Positions 1 through 13,859 of a DNA stretch of 64,000 nt are shown here, in pieces. The position numbers and the translations under genes were made by a program. Within the stretch, counting starts at the first letter, position 1, and each line of letters opens with the position of its first letter. The stretch comes from Octopus sinensis (lineage: Eukaryota), in assembly GCF_006345805.1 (NCBI RefSeq), contig NC_042998.1, positions 89,218,001 to 89,282,000 of the forward strand, in the 5' to 3' direction. The notes beneath the pieces were generated by a model. That model saw only the letters and a list, made by a program, of their open reading frames with translations, was not told the DNA's origin and did no database searches.

Positions 1-59
1 TGATAGTATGATTTAGGTTACTAAAACGTGATAAATTTAAAACTTACCCACTGCATGCG

Positions 60-65
60 CATATG

Positions 66-96
<31 letters not shown>

Positions 97-243
97 TGTG
101 TGTGCGTACGTGTAGAAAGAGAGACAGACAGAGAAAGATAGAATAGATAAAATATATGTATTTATATGTGTGTACCTATGTATGTACGCATATATACATG
201 TATGTATGCATGTATGTATGTATGTTGTATGTATGTATGTATG

Positions 244-317
<74 letters not shown>

Positions 318-345
318 TGTATGAATACACACACAAACACATAGC
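60..345. repeat. Compound microsatellite (TG)n/(TATG)n/(TA)n
   Basis: Directly visible simple repeats; the overlapping ORFs (YIYI..., VCMY...) are repeat translations. Confidence 0.97.
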
Positions 346-1261
346 ATACATACATGAACCAATGTAAAATATGTGTACCGAGTGACCGTGTCTACTATTA
401 TCAAAATGAGGCTATTGTCTATACGTCGTTAATCAGCTTTGCAGTGAAAGAAGCATGGCGATAAAATGCCCAAACGACAATCCCCACAAAACAATATTCT
501 GAAAGAAAGCCATATTTTACTAATCTTTCAGCTTACTGTGCTAACTATACAAGTAAAAAGCAACAGAACAAAAAACATTTCATTGAAGTAGTTAGCCTAA
601 AATCAGGGAAGGGTTGTAAAATTCCAACAATAACACCTTGCCTTCTATTTCACTCCGGTGAGGTCCATTGGTATTTTAAAGTTGTAATATTTGTCAGTGG
701 TTGAAATGATAGCAGCTTTACAATTGCATATTTTTCGGTCCAATCCTCCTGCGAAGAGACTTAGGCAAGTGATTACTTCTATCTATGACCCAGATTCACA
801 AATGCTTTGTAAAAGAAATTGGGTGGACAAAAATATAATCATATCGTTGCTATTATGCAAAAAGGTCGTATGTCCAAAATGTTACTTTTTCAATAAACGA
901 AAAAATAGTTTCATAATTCTTTTTACATTAGCAAGTTTCAGCTTAACGATGAAACTTTGTTGGGTGCATAAAATTGTAACTCCATGCATGTATGATATTT
1001 TCAGTCAGAAATAGTTTTGCAAAAATATCGTATGTGGGACTTACTACACTTTTGAAAACTACTAAATCTTTGTACCACACTTTGACAATTTTCATATCTT
1101 GGCATCTGAAGCAGCTGGAGATACAATAATTTGACTAAAAGAACCGGCTATTGCAAGCAAAATTAAATGTTGAAATAAAGTGCATTAGGCCAAATTTAGA
1201 CATACGACAGTTTAACATAATAACAATGATATAGACGTTCGTTGGAAGGACTATTCTTGTC

Positions 1262-1262
1262 T

Positions 1263-1304
<42 letters not shown>

Positions 1305-1329
1305 TATAATATATATATATAATATATAC

Positions 1330-1362
<33 letters not shown>

Positions 1363-1363
1363 A

Positions 1364-1439
<76 letters not shown>

Positions 1440-1548
1440 CATACATATATATATATATATACATATATATATACATATATATATACATACATATATATAT
1501 ACATATATATATATATACATATATATATATACATATATATATACATAC

Positions 1549-1585
<37 letters not shown>

Positions 1586-1590
1586 TATAC
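1262..1590. repeat. Long interrupted (TA)n/(TACA)n microsatellite
   Basis: Directly visible. Confidence 0.97.
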
Positions 1591-2159
1591 TGTTGTGTCT
1601 GCGGAGATCTCTTTTAGTGCCTATAATTTAACACACTCACCGGTAAAATTTCCACTCATTTCCTATATTTTCGTTGCGTCTTGCAACCTTTTCAATAGTT
1701 GTTGTCCGCAATTCATACTGCGTTCTTTTTGTTTGTCTGTGCACATGTGTGTGTGTGTGTGTGTGTTTGCATGTGTGTGTTTACTTCTGTCTCCTTGTGT
1801 GTGCATGTCTAAGTGTGTATGTGTATGGGACGTGTGTCGCCATATGTGTCCTTGTGTGAAGTGTGTGTGCATATATGGTCATGTGTTTCAGTCTTCATTT
1901 TTGTCTGTTCACATAACCTATGTACCTATCCGTCTGTGTGTCTACTGTTCACTTTCATATCAATATGCTTACATACACGTGCATATACATATATACATAC
2001 ACCCACACACACTCATGCATACATCTATCTACGTAACAGCCCTACACAGATCTAAAGTCGCACAAATCTAAAATGCTCCTAAATCTACACAGGCACTTAA
2101 CGTTTCCATGCATGTCTCTGTCTGTCTCTCTCATTCTCTCTGTTTCTCCCTGTGTGGCT

Positions 2160-2270
<111 letters not shown>

Positions 2271-2489
2271 GATCGATCGATCATCGATCGATCTGTCTGT
2301 CTATCTGTCTGTCTGTTTCTCATCTATCAGATATCACACAAATACACACACAAAAGCACGCACATGTATTCACATGAATATATGTCAATACACATATATA
2401 AAAGATGTATGCAATCTTATTTGACTGCAATATGCATGTGTCGAAAAGAACTTGATGATTTTGGCAAGGCTTCTGTAAAATTATCAATA

Positions 2490-5154
2490 TCTATAAAGCT
2501 GAAATGTGAAAAGTTTGTTCGTCTCATTTTGGGACTAGAACGGGTTAAGGGGCACTAGATGGGGTCGGATTGGCTCCAAATTTTACAGGGACATGTAAAA
2601 AGAGGCGAGGAAGTGAGTGGACTAGGTTAGAAATCCTTATCTCAAAAGTTGTGGTTACTAGGGCAACAAAACCCACACTTGTTTGTCATTTCTCTCTTTC
2701 GCGTATCACCCTGTCTTCCATCATCTTTCTCTTTCCTTCCTTCCCTCCAATTTCTATCTATAACGACGTTTGACAGCTTCGCCGTCTCTCTGTCACTTTT
2801 TCTGCCACCACCTGTACGTTTGTCTGTATCTATAGAGAGAAAGCGTTGACAGCCGCAAAAGTTTAAATATTCCCATAACAGGTCTTTTAGAACGGTGAAT
2901 TATTACGTTGATACAAATTGGATTTTTATGTGAAAAGGGGTCTAAATGGGGCTGGAAGGGGATTAAAATTTACAGGAGGGGGTGTTTAGGAATTCTCGGT
3001 TACATCAAGCTAAAAGATTTGCTTGATGTATCTGCCATAGTGAGTCTACTGTCGTGAGAAAGAATCGCTTCAAAACTTGATGTTTAGGAATTTTCTTTTA
3101 CATCAAGTTCAAAATTATGCGCCAGCCGTTAAACTGCCAGTACGTTGCTGTCCGTCGTTAAGAAGTTTTGAATGCCAGCCATGGTGAGTCTACTATCCTC
3201 AGATTCTATCCCTCCAAACTTTGGTTTCAAATATTTTTTCAGCTCGCAAGTTCGTCTGCCCCTTTTAAATGTTAGTGTTTTGCTGTCCGCCTTGAAACAG
3301 ACCTTTCCGTTGTCACTGCCTGATATTTATGATTAATCTTTCAAAATATTTGCTTTCTCAACTTACTCAAGATCTTTTGTTCTTTATAAATGGGAGATAG
3401 ATAGGTAAAGATAGAGAGTAAGAGAAAGCTAGGGAGAGTCCGAGAGAAAGGAAGAGTAAGAGAGTGGGAAAGTGAGAGAGAAAGGAGAGATAAACAAAGA
3501 GGGAGAATGTGGCGTTAAGAAACAGAAAGGAAGCATCAGAAAGTAACAACCACACCCTCACCCACGAGTAGAGCGGGTCACCTTAGGTTAGTCTATATAT
3601 ATAAAAGAGGCTTTGGGTAAAAATTGTGGGCACATTTTGCTACGTCAGAGGTTGGCGGTCAGACCAGAGGTCGGATCGAGCTGAAAATTGACACAGGCAT
3701 AGAAGGCGTGATGAGGCAGAGAGTTGAGCAGGTTGGAAACCCCTATCTACAAGGGCAGCAAAACCTACACTTTGACAAGTGTTTGTCGTTTCTCCCTTTC
3801 GGATATCACCTTGTCTTCCTCTTTCTGTCTCTTTGCTTCCTTCCCTCCACTTCCTCTATATAACGACATTTGACAGCTTCGTCTCTGTCACTCTTTCTTC
3901 CACCACCTCTATCACTGTACGTCTGTCTGTATCTATAGAGACAAAGCGTTGACGGCCGCAAAAGTTTAAATATTCCCGCCTCAGGTCTTTTAGAATGGTG
4001 AATTATTATCGCCCACCACCACCGCACAATCATAACAGATATTATTAATCAGATATATTGTGTTAATCTATATATATAAAAGAGGCTTTTGGTCAAAATT
4101 GTGTGCACATTTTGCTACGTCAGAGGTTGGCGGCCAGACCAGTGGTCGGATCGAGCTGAAAATTGACACAGGCATAGAAGGCGTGATGAGGCAGAGAGTT
4201 GAGTAGGTTAAAACTAACCATCTGAAAAGATGCGGTTGCTATGATGGGAAGAGTGATTTTTTTTTGCGATTCAAGGGGTCTCTAAGCCCACCCAGATTAC
4301 CGCGATTGGCATATAATCTAATATATAAAATGAAGAAGGCGAACGTTGATACAAATTGGATTTTTATGTAAAAAGGGGTATAAATGGGGCTGAAAGGGGA
4401 TTAAAATTTACAGTAGGGGTAACTTGAGGTGAGAAATTGATTGGGAGACGTTTTGGGGCGTTACAGTGGTTGCTTTGCTCTGAAAACGGGGATTTTATTG
4501 ATTTTTAGGGACACTTGGTGGTCTAGATTGGATACCTTTTGCCCGATTTCAATCAAATTTTGAACATGATAAAGTAGAAGCGTATTTGTAATTTAAGAGC
4601 GGAAAAAGGGTCCGAAATTTTGAAAATTAAGGCAAGATTTTTGAAGTTGAAAAAAATTTCTCATTCTTACGTATTTCTGCCTTTTATTTTTTATTGCTTA
4701 GAGTTTTCATTTTTTTCTGAAAGAAATTTACAGCTGCATGTAGCCCGTGTTTAGAGCTTTCATTTGCATGGTCAATCGTCGAAAAATTCCCAAAATACGT
4801 ACTAAATTTAACAAAGAAATCCTTTTTTTCCTTATTTTTAATCGCTCAAATAGTGGCACACTCAAATAGTGTGCTTTCCGTTGTCACTGCCTGATATTTA
4901 TGATTGATCTTTCAAAATATTTACTTTCTCAACGTACTCAAGATCTTTTGTTTTATATAAATGGGAGATAGATAGATAGAGAAAGATAGAGAGTAAGAGA
5001 AAGCGAGGGAGCGTCCGAGAGAAAGGAAGAGTAAGAGAGTGGGAAAGTGAGAGAGAACGCAGAGAGAAACAAAGAGGGAGAATGTGGCGATAAGAAACAG
5101 AAAGGAAGCAACAGAAAGTAACAACCACACGTAGAGCGGGTCACCTTAAGCTAG
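2490..5154 (+). mobile_element. Cluster of 4 related non-autonomous Helitron-like copies or fragments (~2490-3591, 3592-~4015, 4067-~4310, 4317-5154)
   Basis: 5' ends TCTAT(A)..AAA at 2490, 3592, 4067 and 4317. 3' ends GAGCGGGTCACCTTAGGTTAG (3591) and GAGCGGGTCACCTTAAGCTAG (5154). Shared internal blocks: 3593-3745 vs 4068-4210, ~2670-2900 vs ~3750-4005, ~3300-3590 vs ~4875-5154, and 2905-2975 vs 4343-4410. TC...CTAG termini are the established Helitron signature. Confidence 0.7.
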
Positions 5155-6564
5155 TTTTATATAAAACTATGAATAGGTGAAACGCCTATGATACTATTAG
5201 TGTTTATGTCAAAGCTGTTAATGTTGGGTTCAAAAAGATCTTATATTATTTTGAAAGTATTCTGGTAAAAAAGAAATTGTTTTGGCTAAATTCTGACCAA
5301 AAGTGTTAGCCTCAGTGTCGGAACATTTGGAGAATAATATAAATGGTTGCACCAACTATAATTATGTTTTCAGTAAAAAAAGAATTTTCCACTGGGTTTC
5401 AGATGAAAATAGAATGACGACCGACCACATGACACTCTATCGGAAACTACTTGTATATCACATCTTATCTGTAAAACTATTGTTAGATAAACCGAATGAT
5501 GCAGGAATGCAGAAACAAAAATCTTTCCAACGAAATAGCAATTTAATTCAGTACAATAAATAGTCGGTGTGAACTTGGTTTGCCCTAAGTTTATGAGTAA
5601 ACAATAAATATGTTACAACCAAAAAAATATTATGCATGATAGAGTGAACTAACAAAGAAAATTACAATTATTTTATGTAGGGAAAAAAAGCATGTTAAAA
5701 GAAATGCACTTGAGATTTCATGCAAAAAAAAAAAATTTAACATACATTACAGACAAATGTTTGATTTCCTATTTAGAGAAATTGTCTGCAGTTGGATTTT
5801 ACAATGCAATTTTTTTTTCTTTTCTAAAAAGGAATTGTTTGATTATTGTAATGTAGAATACAGTCAGAAGCTTATCAAATTCAAAGAGCGTTGCGTGTGT
5901 ATGCAAAGACAAAATATATGAACTCTGAAATTGTGGTCGTATTGTGTGAGTTGTCAGTAGATAATCTAATACAGAAGGATGTGGTGGCGCGTAGACCTTG
6001 CTCGTTTGGTAACGAAACACGAAAAGTATTTTGATGGCGTCTTTTGTGCAACTAGTTCAATGTGGCACAAATATTTTTATTTATAGATCGATATAGGCTC
6101 GGAACCACAGGTTAAAAAGACAGTGTGATAAATTCGCTTGGAAATGCTGTCTGGCATCACGTGACAGTCTCTTTTGTGTTACTTGCTCCCGCCACATTCA
6201 TGCCTGATTATTTAAATTTAATATCTGCCTAAATTACGGAAGCGACAAGTTAGGTGATCACAACAGGTAATCTGCAGAAATCACCATTTAACAACTATTT
6301 TCTTAGAGTTGTGTGATGATGATGAGAGCTTAGACTGAAAGTCTTGCTTGTTAAAAGGAGTATAGAGGAGAAGATAACAAGCAATAACTCTTTATTCAAA
6401 TGGACTAAGGTGCATAATAATATGACTAAGGTGAATGATAATATGAAACTTCATTAAATGTATTTTCCAGGTGTGGTCTTAAGTTAGTCATGTCCTGGGT
6501 CAATTCCGACCCAAACCGATCTAAGTATTTCTTAGTATTTTGTTTGTTTTGTTTTTGTTTTTCC

Positions 6565-6888
<324 letters not shown>

Positions 6889-7069
6889 GTATGTATGTGT
6901 GTGTGTGTATGTGTGTGTATGTGTGTGCTTCTTTGGTGATGGAGATCATTCTGTCTAACCAAACTCTGATATGAATAATTCGTGTATTGTAAATCAAAGT
7001 GAAGCGCCTTTAATTCAAACTTAAAGTAGAATAACGTAAAAGCACTTGTTAATCACAATGAGTCTTATG

Positions 7070-7875
7070 GTCACTACATCAGGTTCCAATATCGTTAGGA
7101 AGCAATGAAGCAGAACCACAGAAACTCCCCATCAAAGTGGAAAAGGTATCAGGATCACAGGGGATGGACATCAGCCCAGAAAAGAGAAATACCCTGGTTA
7201 ACAGTAACAACTAAAACATTGCAACCAACATCATGCTAAACGCAGAGAAACCTGATGAAGTGAGCATCTTCAAGTACCTAGGATCGACTTTGACCAAGGA
7301 AGGCAGATTTCAAAAGGAAATTACAACAAGACAGAGTTTAGCCTCTGCTGCTATGATGAAACTAAACACCGTCTGAAAAAGCAATTCCATTAATTTTTCA
7401 ACAACACTTAGAGTGTAAAGTCCATGTCGACTTCGATTCTTCTGTATGAGTGTGAGAGCTGGACTGTTACAGTTGATATGGAGCAAAGAATCAAGGCATT
7501 TGAGCACAGGTGCTTCAGAAGGCTGCTACACATCCCTTACACAGAGCACAAAACGAACAGCTTTGTTAGGCAGACAGGAATCACTACTTGTGCAAATAAA
7601 AAGACGAAAGTTTGACTAGTACGGTCATGTATCCCGTCAAAACTCTTTGTCCAAAACTATTCTTCAGTGCACAGTTGAGAGAGGGCGAAAGAGAGGCAGA
7701 CAGAGAAAATCCTGGTCTCGCAACATCGAGGATAGGACAGGTTGCAACATCGCGATACTGTTATGCTTTACAGAAAATAGAAAACTGTGGCGACGATTGA
7801 TTTCGAAAGCGTCAAAAGATGCACGCCAACGATTGGCTGCATCAGTTAAAAGATCTTGATGATTGATGATGATCA
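7070..7875 (+). pseudogene. 5'-truncated RTE-clade LINE, decayed C-terminal part of the RT ORF
   Basis: Frameshifted translation gives GMDISPEK...FKYLGSTLTKEGR...LLYECESWTVTVDMEQRIKAFEHRCFRRLLHIPYTEHKTN...YGHV...SKTILQCTVERGRKRGRQRKSW, which are typical RTE RT C-terminal motifs. Ends in a short (GAT)n tail. Confidence 0.88.
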
Positions 7876-8734
7876 GGTTCCAACACTATATTTTGCAAAG
7901 TGAATGCCAATTTGTGGAGATAACCGTCTCCGGACAATTGACAATAGAGAGAAATTGCATATACGAAAACTAAAGGAATTCATTTTACATCACAGATTCC
8001 ACATGACCAGATGTTATTAGCTATCTACAGCGCTCAATCTCAAGGAAAATGTACTTTACAGAATTTTGTGAAATGTCTACTTTTTTTTTGTCATAAGAAT
8101 ATTTAGTTCGAAGTGAGATACTCCGCTCAAACCCCTCAAATAATTCAGGGACAAATGGGATGACAGTCCTAGAAATGTTCAGGAACCAAGTTATGACAGA
8201 AAAGAAGACTATCGAATGAAAAGAAAGAAATCTGTATCTCATGTCTCTAAATCCCCAACTTATGTTCATTCTAAACTACTATAGGGTTCAGAGGTCCAGA
8301 ATCAGTTTCGAAATTACAAGAATACGTAATCTGTCAATAATAATTTTCCTATACACACATTCTAGTATATAGACACATGCATGCAAGCAACAGAGTGCTG
8401 GATCAATCACTAAGCAAAATAAACTCGTGGTTAAGGTCTCAAGGGAAGTGGTAGCACAAAAGAAATAATTTTAAACTTGCTAAAATAAAATTCGAAGTAG
8501 TTTAGATGATCGAAGATGTAATTTTAAAGTGTTCATGGTGTCATAGAAATGATTTGATCAAAGACTTTGCCACTAAAAAAAGGGAGGGAAAAACATTTCA
8601 ATTATAAATGAGGTGGAAGTAGACAAAAATAAACAATATTTTCCATTTTACTGTTACTATTATTTCATGTTGAATGGTTGAAATCTATTTTATGGTTTAT
8701 TATTGTTTATATTTTGAATTACACACACACACAT

Positions 8735-8778
<44 letters not shown>

Positions 8779-9328
8779 TGGGTATCAAGATCCTCTAAGT
8801 GCTCAGAGACTCTATCGGGCTTAACTCGACCCTGCTACACATATATATTCTACAAGCATGTAGTTCGTTCATCAATGGAGAAATAACCAATTCTGAGAAG
8901 GCACATATTTTGTATGCCTTCTTGTAATCCAACTTCGCATATTTCCATCCGGTTAGACGCCCACATGCACTTAGACAGGATGTTACATACATCGGCGAAT
9001 ATCGGGAACATATCCTGGCGTGCGTTGACGACATCCATTCACTGCGACATAGCTTATGTCATTGGTTGTTAAAAATGCAAATTGTTTTAGAAAGAGAGTG
9101 GTATTAAATTTATTTTTTGAATGAACGTATATGTTCAATGGAATATTTCCATTTTTCCCTCGTGGATTAAAAACAAACTCCTAAATACACACCCAGATGC
9201 ATACACACACACGCACGCACACACACACGCACACACACACACACTCATACACACACGCCGAGATACATCACTGACACATATACACATAGTGTACGTTGTG
9301 CATATCATATCACACAGATTCACACACT

Positions 9329-9427
<99 letters not shown>

Positions 9428-9662
9428 CTTCGAATACATATATAATTACACACACACACACACATATATAAAGGCAAAATTAATAGAGGTCGCAAAAGTG
9501 ACAGAGAGCACCGCTTTTGCTAAAAATAAGAGTTACAACAACGGAAAAGCCACAAATGCACTATCTAATTTGTTGTGTATGTATGTATGCATGTATTTAT
9601 GTATGTATGTATTTATGTATGTATGTATGTATATATATATATATATATATATTGATAAAAAG

Positions 9663-9990
9663 GGTAGGACAACAAAAGAAAGAAAGAGACCTCGATATTA
9701 TGTAAATAGAGGAATTTATCTGTAAATGTAATATGTGACAATTATACAATTATTCGGTAGCCATGATAAAACTCCGAGTTTCGGATGCCGAAGTGGAAGT
9801 CCACGCCACCATCTCTTCAGTTCCATATTAAATTCTTCTGCGGAGTAGAGACCTCAACCGATGGCGGCGTGGATTTCCACCTCGGCATCCGAAACTCAGA
9901 GTTTTATCATGGCTACCGAATAATTGTATAATTGTCACATATTACATTTACAGATAAATTCCTCTATTTACATAATATTGTTGTCCTACC
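9663..9990. repeat. Long imperfect palindrome (~115-bp core arms, ~55-bp spacer) of a dispersed repeat family carrying a hammerhead-like motif
   Basis: 9695-9812 is the near-exact reverse complement of 9869-9978, and the outer GGTAGGACAAC pairs with GTTGTCCTACC. A further fragment of the outer arm occurs at ~26325-26399. Confidence 0.85.
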
Positions 9991-11365
9991 ATTTTAATAA
10001 TAAAAGGGTAAAATTAATTAATCAAATTAATTAATTGATCAATTAATTAATAATTATACCAAGTAGACCGGTACGTTAAAATAACCTTTATAGGTAAAAT
10101 TATACAAATATTCTATAATTATAAACATAATTATAATTAGGGGTCAGCAAATTCCTTCACCACATACCGAATTTAGAAATAGGAATTTAAAATTCCTTTT
10201 CTACTACCGTAAGAATCTCCCAAACAGTAACACATTTTCATACGTAGGCAAAGAGAAAAATAATGAATCAACACGACTCCGATTAGCCACAGACGCGTTT
10301 CGAGATTACAGCATAGCCTATTCAAATGTATTGGATGAATACGCACACATGTATGAGCGGTACAAATTAGCGAGTGGAAAAAGCTGGTAACTGCATAAAC
10401 AAGGGTGTGAATACATATAAGCATATATAAACAAATGACCAATTGAGCAAATAAGTAAATTGGGATAAAAAAACTAAATGGGTGTGCAAATACTAGTTCC
10501 TTACAGCCCTTTCTGCCAAGAGGCAACGAAATCTTCCACGTTGTCTCCATCTCTTCAGTGTTATGCAGGGATGAGCAGACAAGGCTTGGATAGTGGATGT
10601 GCCCCTAGGCTTCTTCAGAGGGTCTAAGTGTGGATTGGGGGGGGGGGGCTAACGCATATAAAAGTCAGATAAGAATAGCTAAGGTGTGTTTATCGTTTTA
10701 AATAGAGTAGAGTAAGAATAATAGTAAGAGCAAACACGAAAATACACGTGAAGTACAGCATAGTACAATAATGTGAGCATAGCAAGGGGAAATAGAGTAC
10801 AGACTGCCCGTAATATAGTATAAGATCTATGTTATTTCATCCAATGGTGGGTAGGTGATAATTTTAGGCAGTAGTTTATATTGTGTTTCCATAGAACTTT
10901 AGTGGTGGGTTTAATAGTATAGTCCGTGTTACAGGGGTGAAAGTTCATATGTAAAATGCCAGTTAGTAGGTGTAGCGATACAGAGGGTATGGCATAAGCA
11001 ACTTATAAGGAACCCATCTTGGGAAATTTGGTACATGAGTGTATCACTGCGAGAAAACTTGGTGAGGCCAAAATGCGATGTTAGTGTTCGTTACTTTTTT
11101 GCCGATCCATAAATCTCGAGACCCTTATGTGTAGTGGGGGTAGGGTCATGGTCATTCCTACAACCCAATTGGTCAGCCCTTATTTGAAAGCAATGACATG
11201 GTTCTGGTTCGTTGATGACTACCAATTAAAACAATGGCTAGCAGGGACAAATAAACAAATGAAATAAAACTGAAAAAAACAACAAAACAAACAGAACAAA
11301 TAAAATAAGTAACATAACTAAAGCAACTAAAACTATGGGAAAAGAATATAAACATATAAAACATA

Positions 11366-11465
<100 letters not shown>

Positions 11466-11825
11466 GAAGGAATGACTAATACGAGTGATTAATACGGGTG
11501 GGTAGTGTTTTTCTTTATCATATATCTATGGTGTGTATTTAAACAGCGAGTATTATGAGCTGGATTGGGAATCCTTAGGCTGACGAAAGACAAAAGAAGA
11601 ATTCATAAACGGGGACAAAAATGGACTAGAATGGACAAGTGCTAATTGTTTACATGGCCGTTGGATATCTAGGTGTTGTTCTAAAACGTAGAGTAGTAAG
11701 ATATAGAATATTAAATATTCAAGGAGTGGCAAAGTATTAGAGTGTTAGGTATTTTGGTTTCTCAACCTCATACACAAAAATATATATATATGTATACATA
11801 CATACATATAAATATATACATGTAA

Positions 11826-11876
<51 letters not shown>

Positions 11877-12079
11877 GCATATATGCATGAGTATTTCTTC
11901 AATATGTGCAAATAACAAGAAAAAATAAATAAATAGTTACCAGGCTAGCAAAAATTCATGTAAGTGCCAAGGATATTACAGCCTACTTATAAAAGTAGAA
12001 AATCCAGAGTTAAGTAAAATGTTTTCGAATAACATGGCTAAATTCTTTTCTACTCTAGGCACAAGGTCCGAAATTTTGA

Positions 12080-12249
12080 AGGTGGGGACCAGTGGATTAG
12101 ATCGACCCCAGAACGCAACTGGTACTTTAATTTATCGACTCCGAAAGGATGAAAGGCAAAGTCGATCTCGGCGGAATTTGAACTCAGAACATAAAGACAG
12201 ACGAATTTGAACTCAGAACGTAAAGACAGACGAAATACCGCTAAGCATT
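12080..12249 (-). mobile_element. 5'-truncated octopus-type SINE with an internal ~29-bp tandem duplication
   Basis: Reverse complement of the family seen at 45342 and 56672 (GTTCTGAGTTCAAATTCCGCCGAGATCGACTTTGCCTTTCATCC...). GAATTTGAACTCAGAAC(A/G)TAAAGACAGAC is duplicated. Confidence 0.85.
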
Positions 12250-12513
12250 GAGATTATTCCGGAGGGAATAATTTTCATTCCCTCCGGAATAATCTCAATG
12301 CTTTCTTCGAATCATATGTTGGATGTATAAATGATTTTATACTTATTACTGATTTCATTTTTGTGATTTTCTTCTCTATCTCTGTACTTTTCGCATATGT
12401 TACCATATGCTATTTATATTTTGGTTCTTTTTACTTGTTTGTTTTTGTAGTCCCACTTGTTTTCCGCGTTGGCTTCCTTTGATGTTGTTGGTATCTCCTG
12501 TTGTGCTTCTTGT

Positions 12514-13410
12514 TTATTCTCCTTTCTTTTCGTTGGTGGACACTTTGGCGATGAGTCCGTCTTCTTTCCTTTTCTTCTTCCTATTCACCACCAAATCCCT
12601 CTCCTCCACCTTCTCTGGATACTTCTCACATACTGGGTTCGTCGCTACGGCATTTTGCTCCTGCTCGACACCCTGCTGCTGTTGTTCCTTTTCACCTTTA
12701 TCGTCGTTCTGAGGACAACTTGCTCTCATGTGTCCCCTTACGCCACACTGATAACAGGTTGGAGGTCTTCCCGTCACCACCACTCTCAATTTCACGTTGT
12801 CTGGTAGTATTACCTCCTCCGCTATCTTATGCAAGTCTTGTAAACTGACTTGGATGGCCACTTCGAGGCCGTAGCCCAACAGTTTACCTCTTTCGTCCTC
12901 GTCTCTTTGAACACCTTCACGTCCTCCTCCATATTATACTGGATGGGTGCCACCAGCCACACCGCCTCACAGTAAGTCGCCAGAAGTACCCACTCTGGTA
13001 TCCTTAGCGCCACAGTGGAGTGGTTTATCCCTTGTTCACTAGCGAACCTTACGTCCACTGTGCTGTATTTCCTCCCTCTCGTATAAAATGTTGTGAGACT
13101 TTTTACCGCCTTTAAGCATTCCTCTATAGCCTGTACTGTGGCTATTTCTATTTTTTTGATGTCGTGGACAGCGTTCTATACACCACTGTCTGCTTCATTA
13201 CGCTCACTGCTAAATTTTCTGCCTTGTCAACCTCAAACTGGTTCCATCTTTCTCTATGAGTCTGTTGAACGCCTTCAACGTCCTCTGCTCCATCTTTATC
13301 TCTCGTACCTGCAAGACGTCAACTGTCAAACTTCTTCCAGTGGCTGAAGCATATCTGCCGGCTGGAACTGGTTCGCACTCCATGCTCTGCTTCTTGTCTA
13401 CTTCACCCAT
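12514..13410 (-). pseudogene. Disrupted gag-like / LINE ORF1 protein with one CCHC zinc knuckle
   Basis: Three adjacent minus-strand ORF pieces (13210-13410, 12822-13058, 12514-12879) join through stops and frameshifts. They end in RVVVTGRPPTCYQCGVRGHMRASCP (Cx2Cx4Hx4C) followed by a charged tail. Confidence 0.8.
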
Positions 13411-13859
13411 GAATGGGGAAGAAAACAATTGTAATTTCACAAACAAAAACAGCAACAATAATTCAACAGATTAATAATGCTATTCAACAAGTAGGTTCAC
13501 CCTTACGGGAGACCTTCAACAAATATATAACAATTTAACTCACAATTTAACTCACAGGGATCAAAAATGGTTTTAAAAAACACCAAAAATTCCTCGCCGA
13601 CTGACCCTGCTTGCTGTGTCTGTCCACTATTTATCAGTAGTGGAACAGCCTACTTTTCATTTGGGGGTGTCCGCCACAACACCTCCACTTTTGAGATTTT
13701 TTTTTCTTCAGCACAGAATTATTTTTTCTTCAGAATGCCGCAGGTAGTACCGGTCTATTTTGTTACCGGTAGCGCTACAAGCATATAGGGACTGACTAAA
13801 ATCCTACAAACGGATTTATATTATTATGCCCTGTGTGTAGTTCAGTTATGTGTTAGGTC

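Noticed and set aside
37-404. ORFs made of YI, CV, YLSI or MYVC repeats here and throughout the window
   Set aside because: Translations of di- and tetranucleotide microsatellites, not genes.
8108-8220. Open stretch VRSEILRSNPSNNSGTNGMTVLEMFRNQVMTEKKTIE*
   Set aside because: No recognisable homology or convincing splice context.
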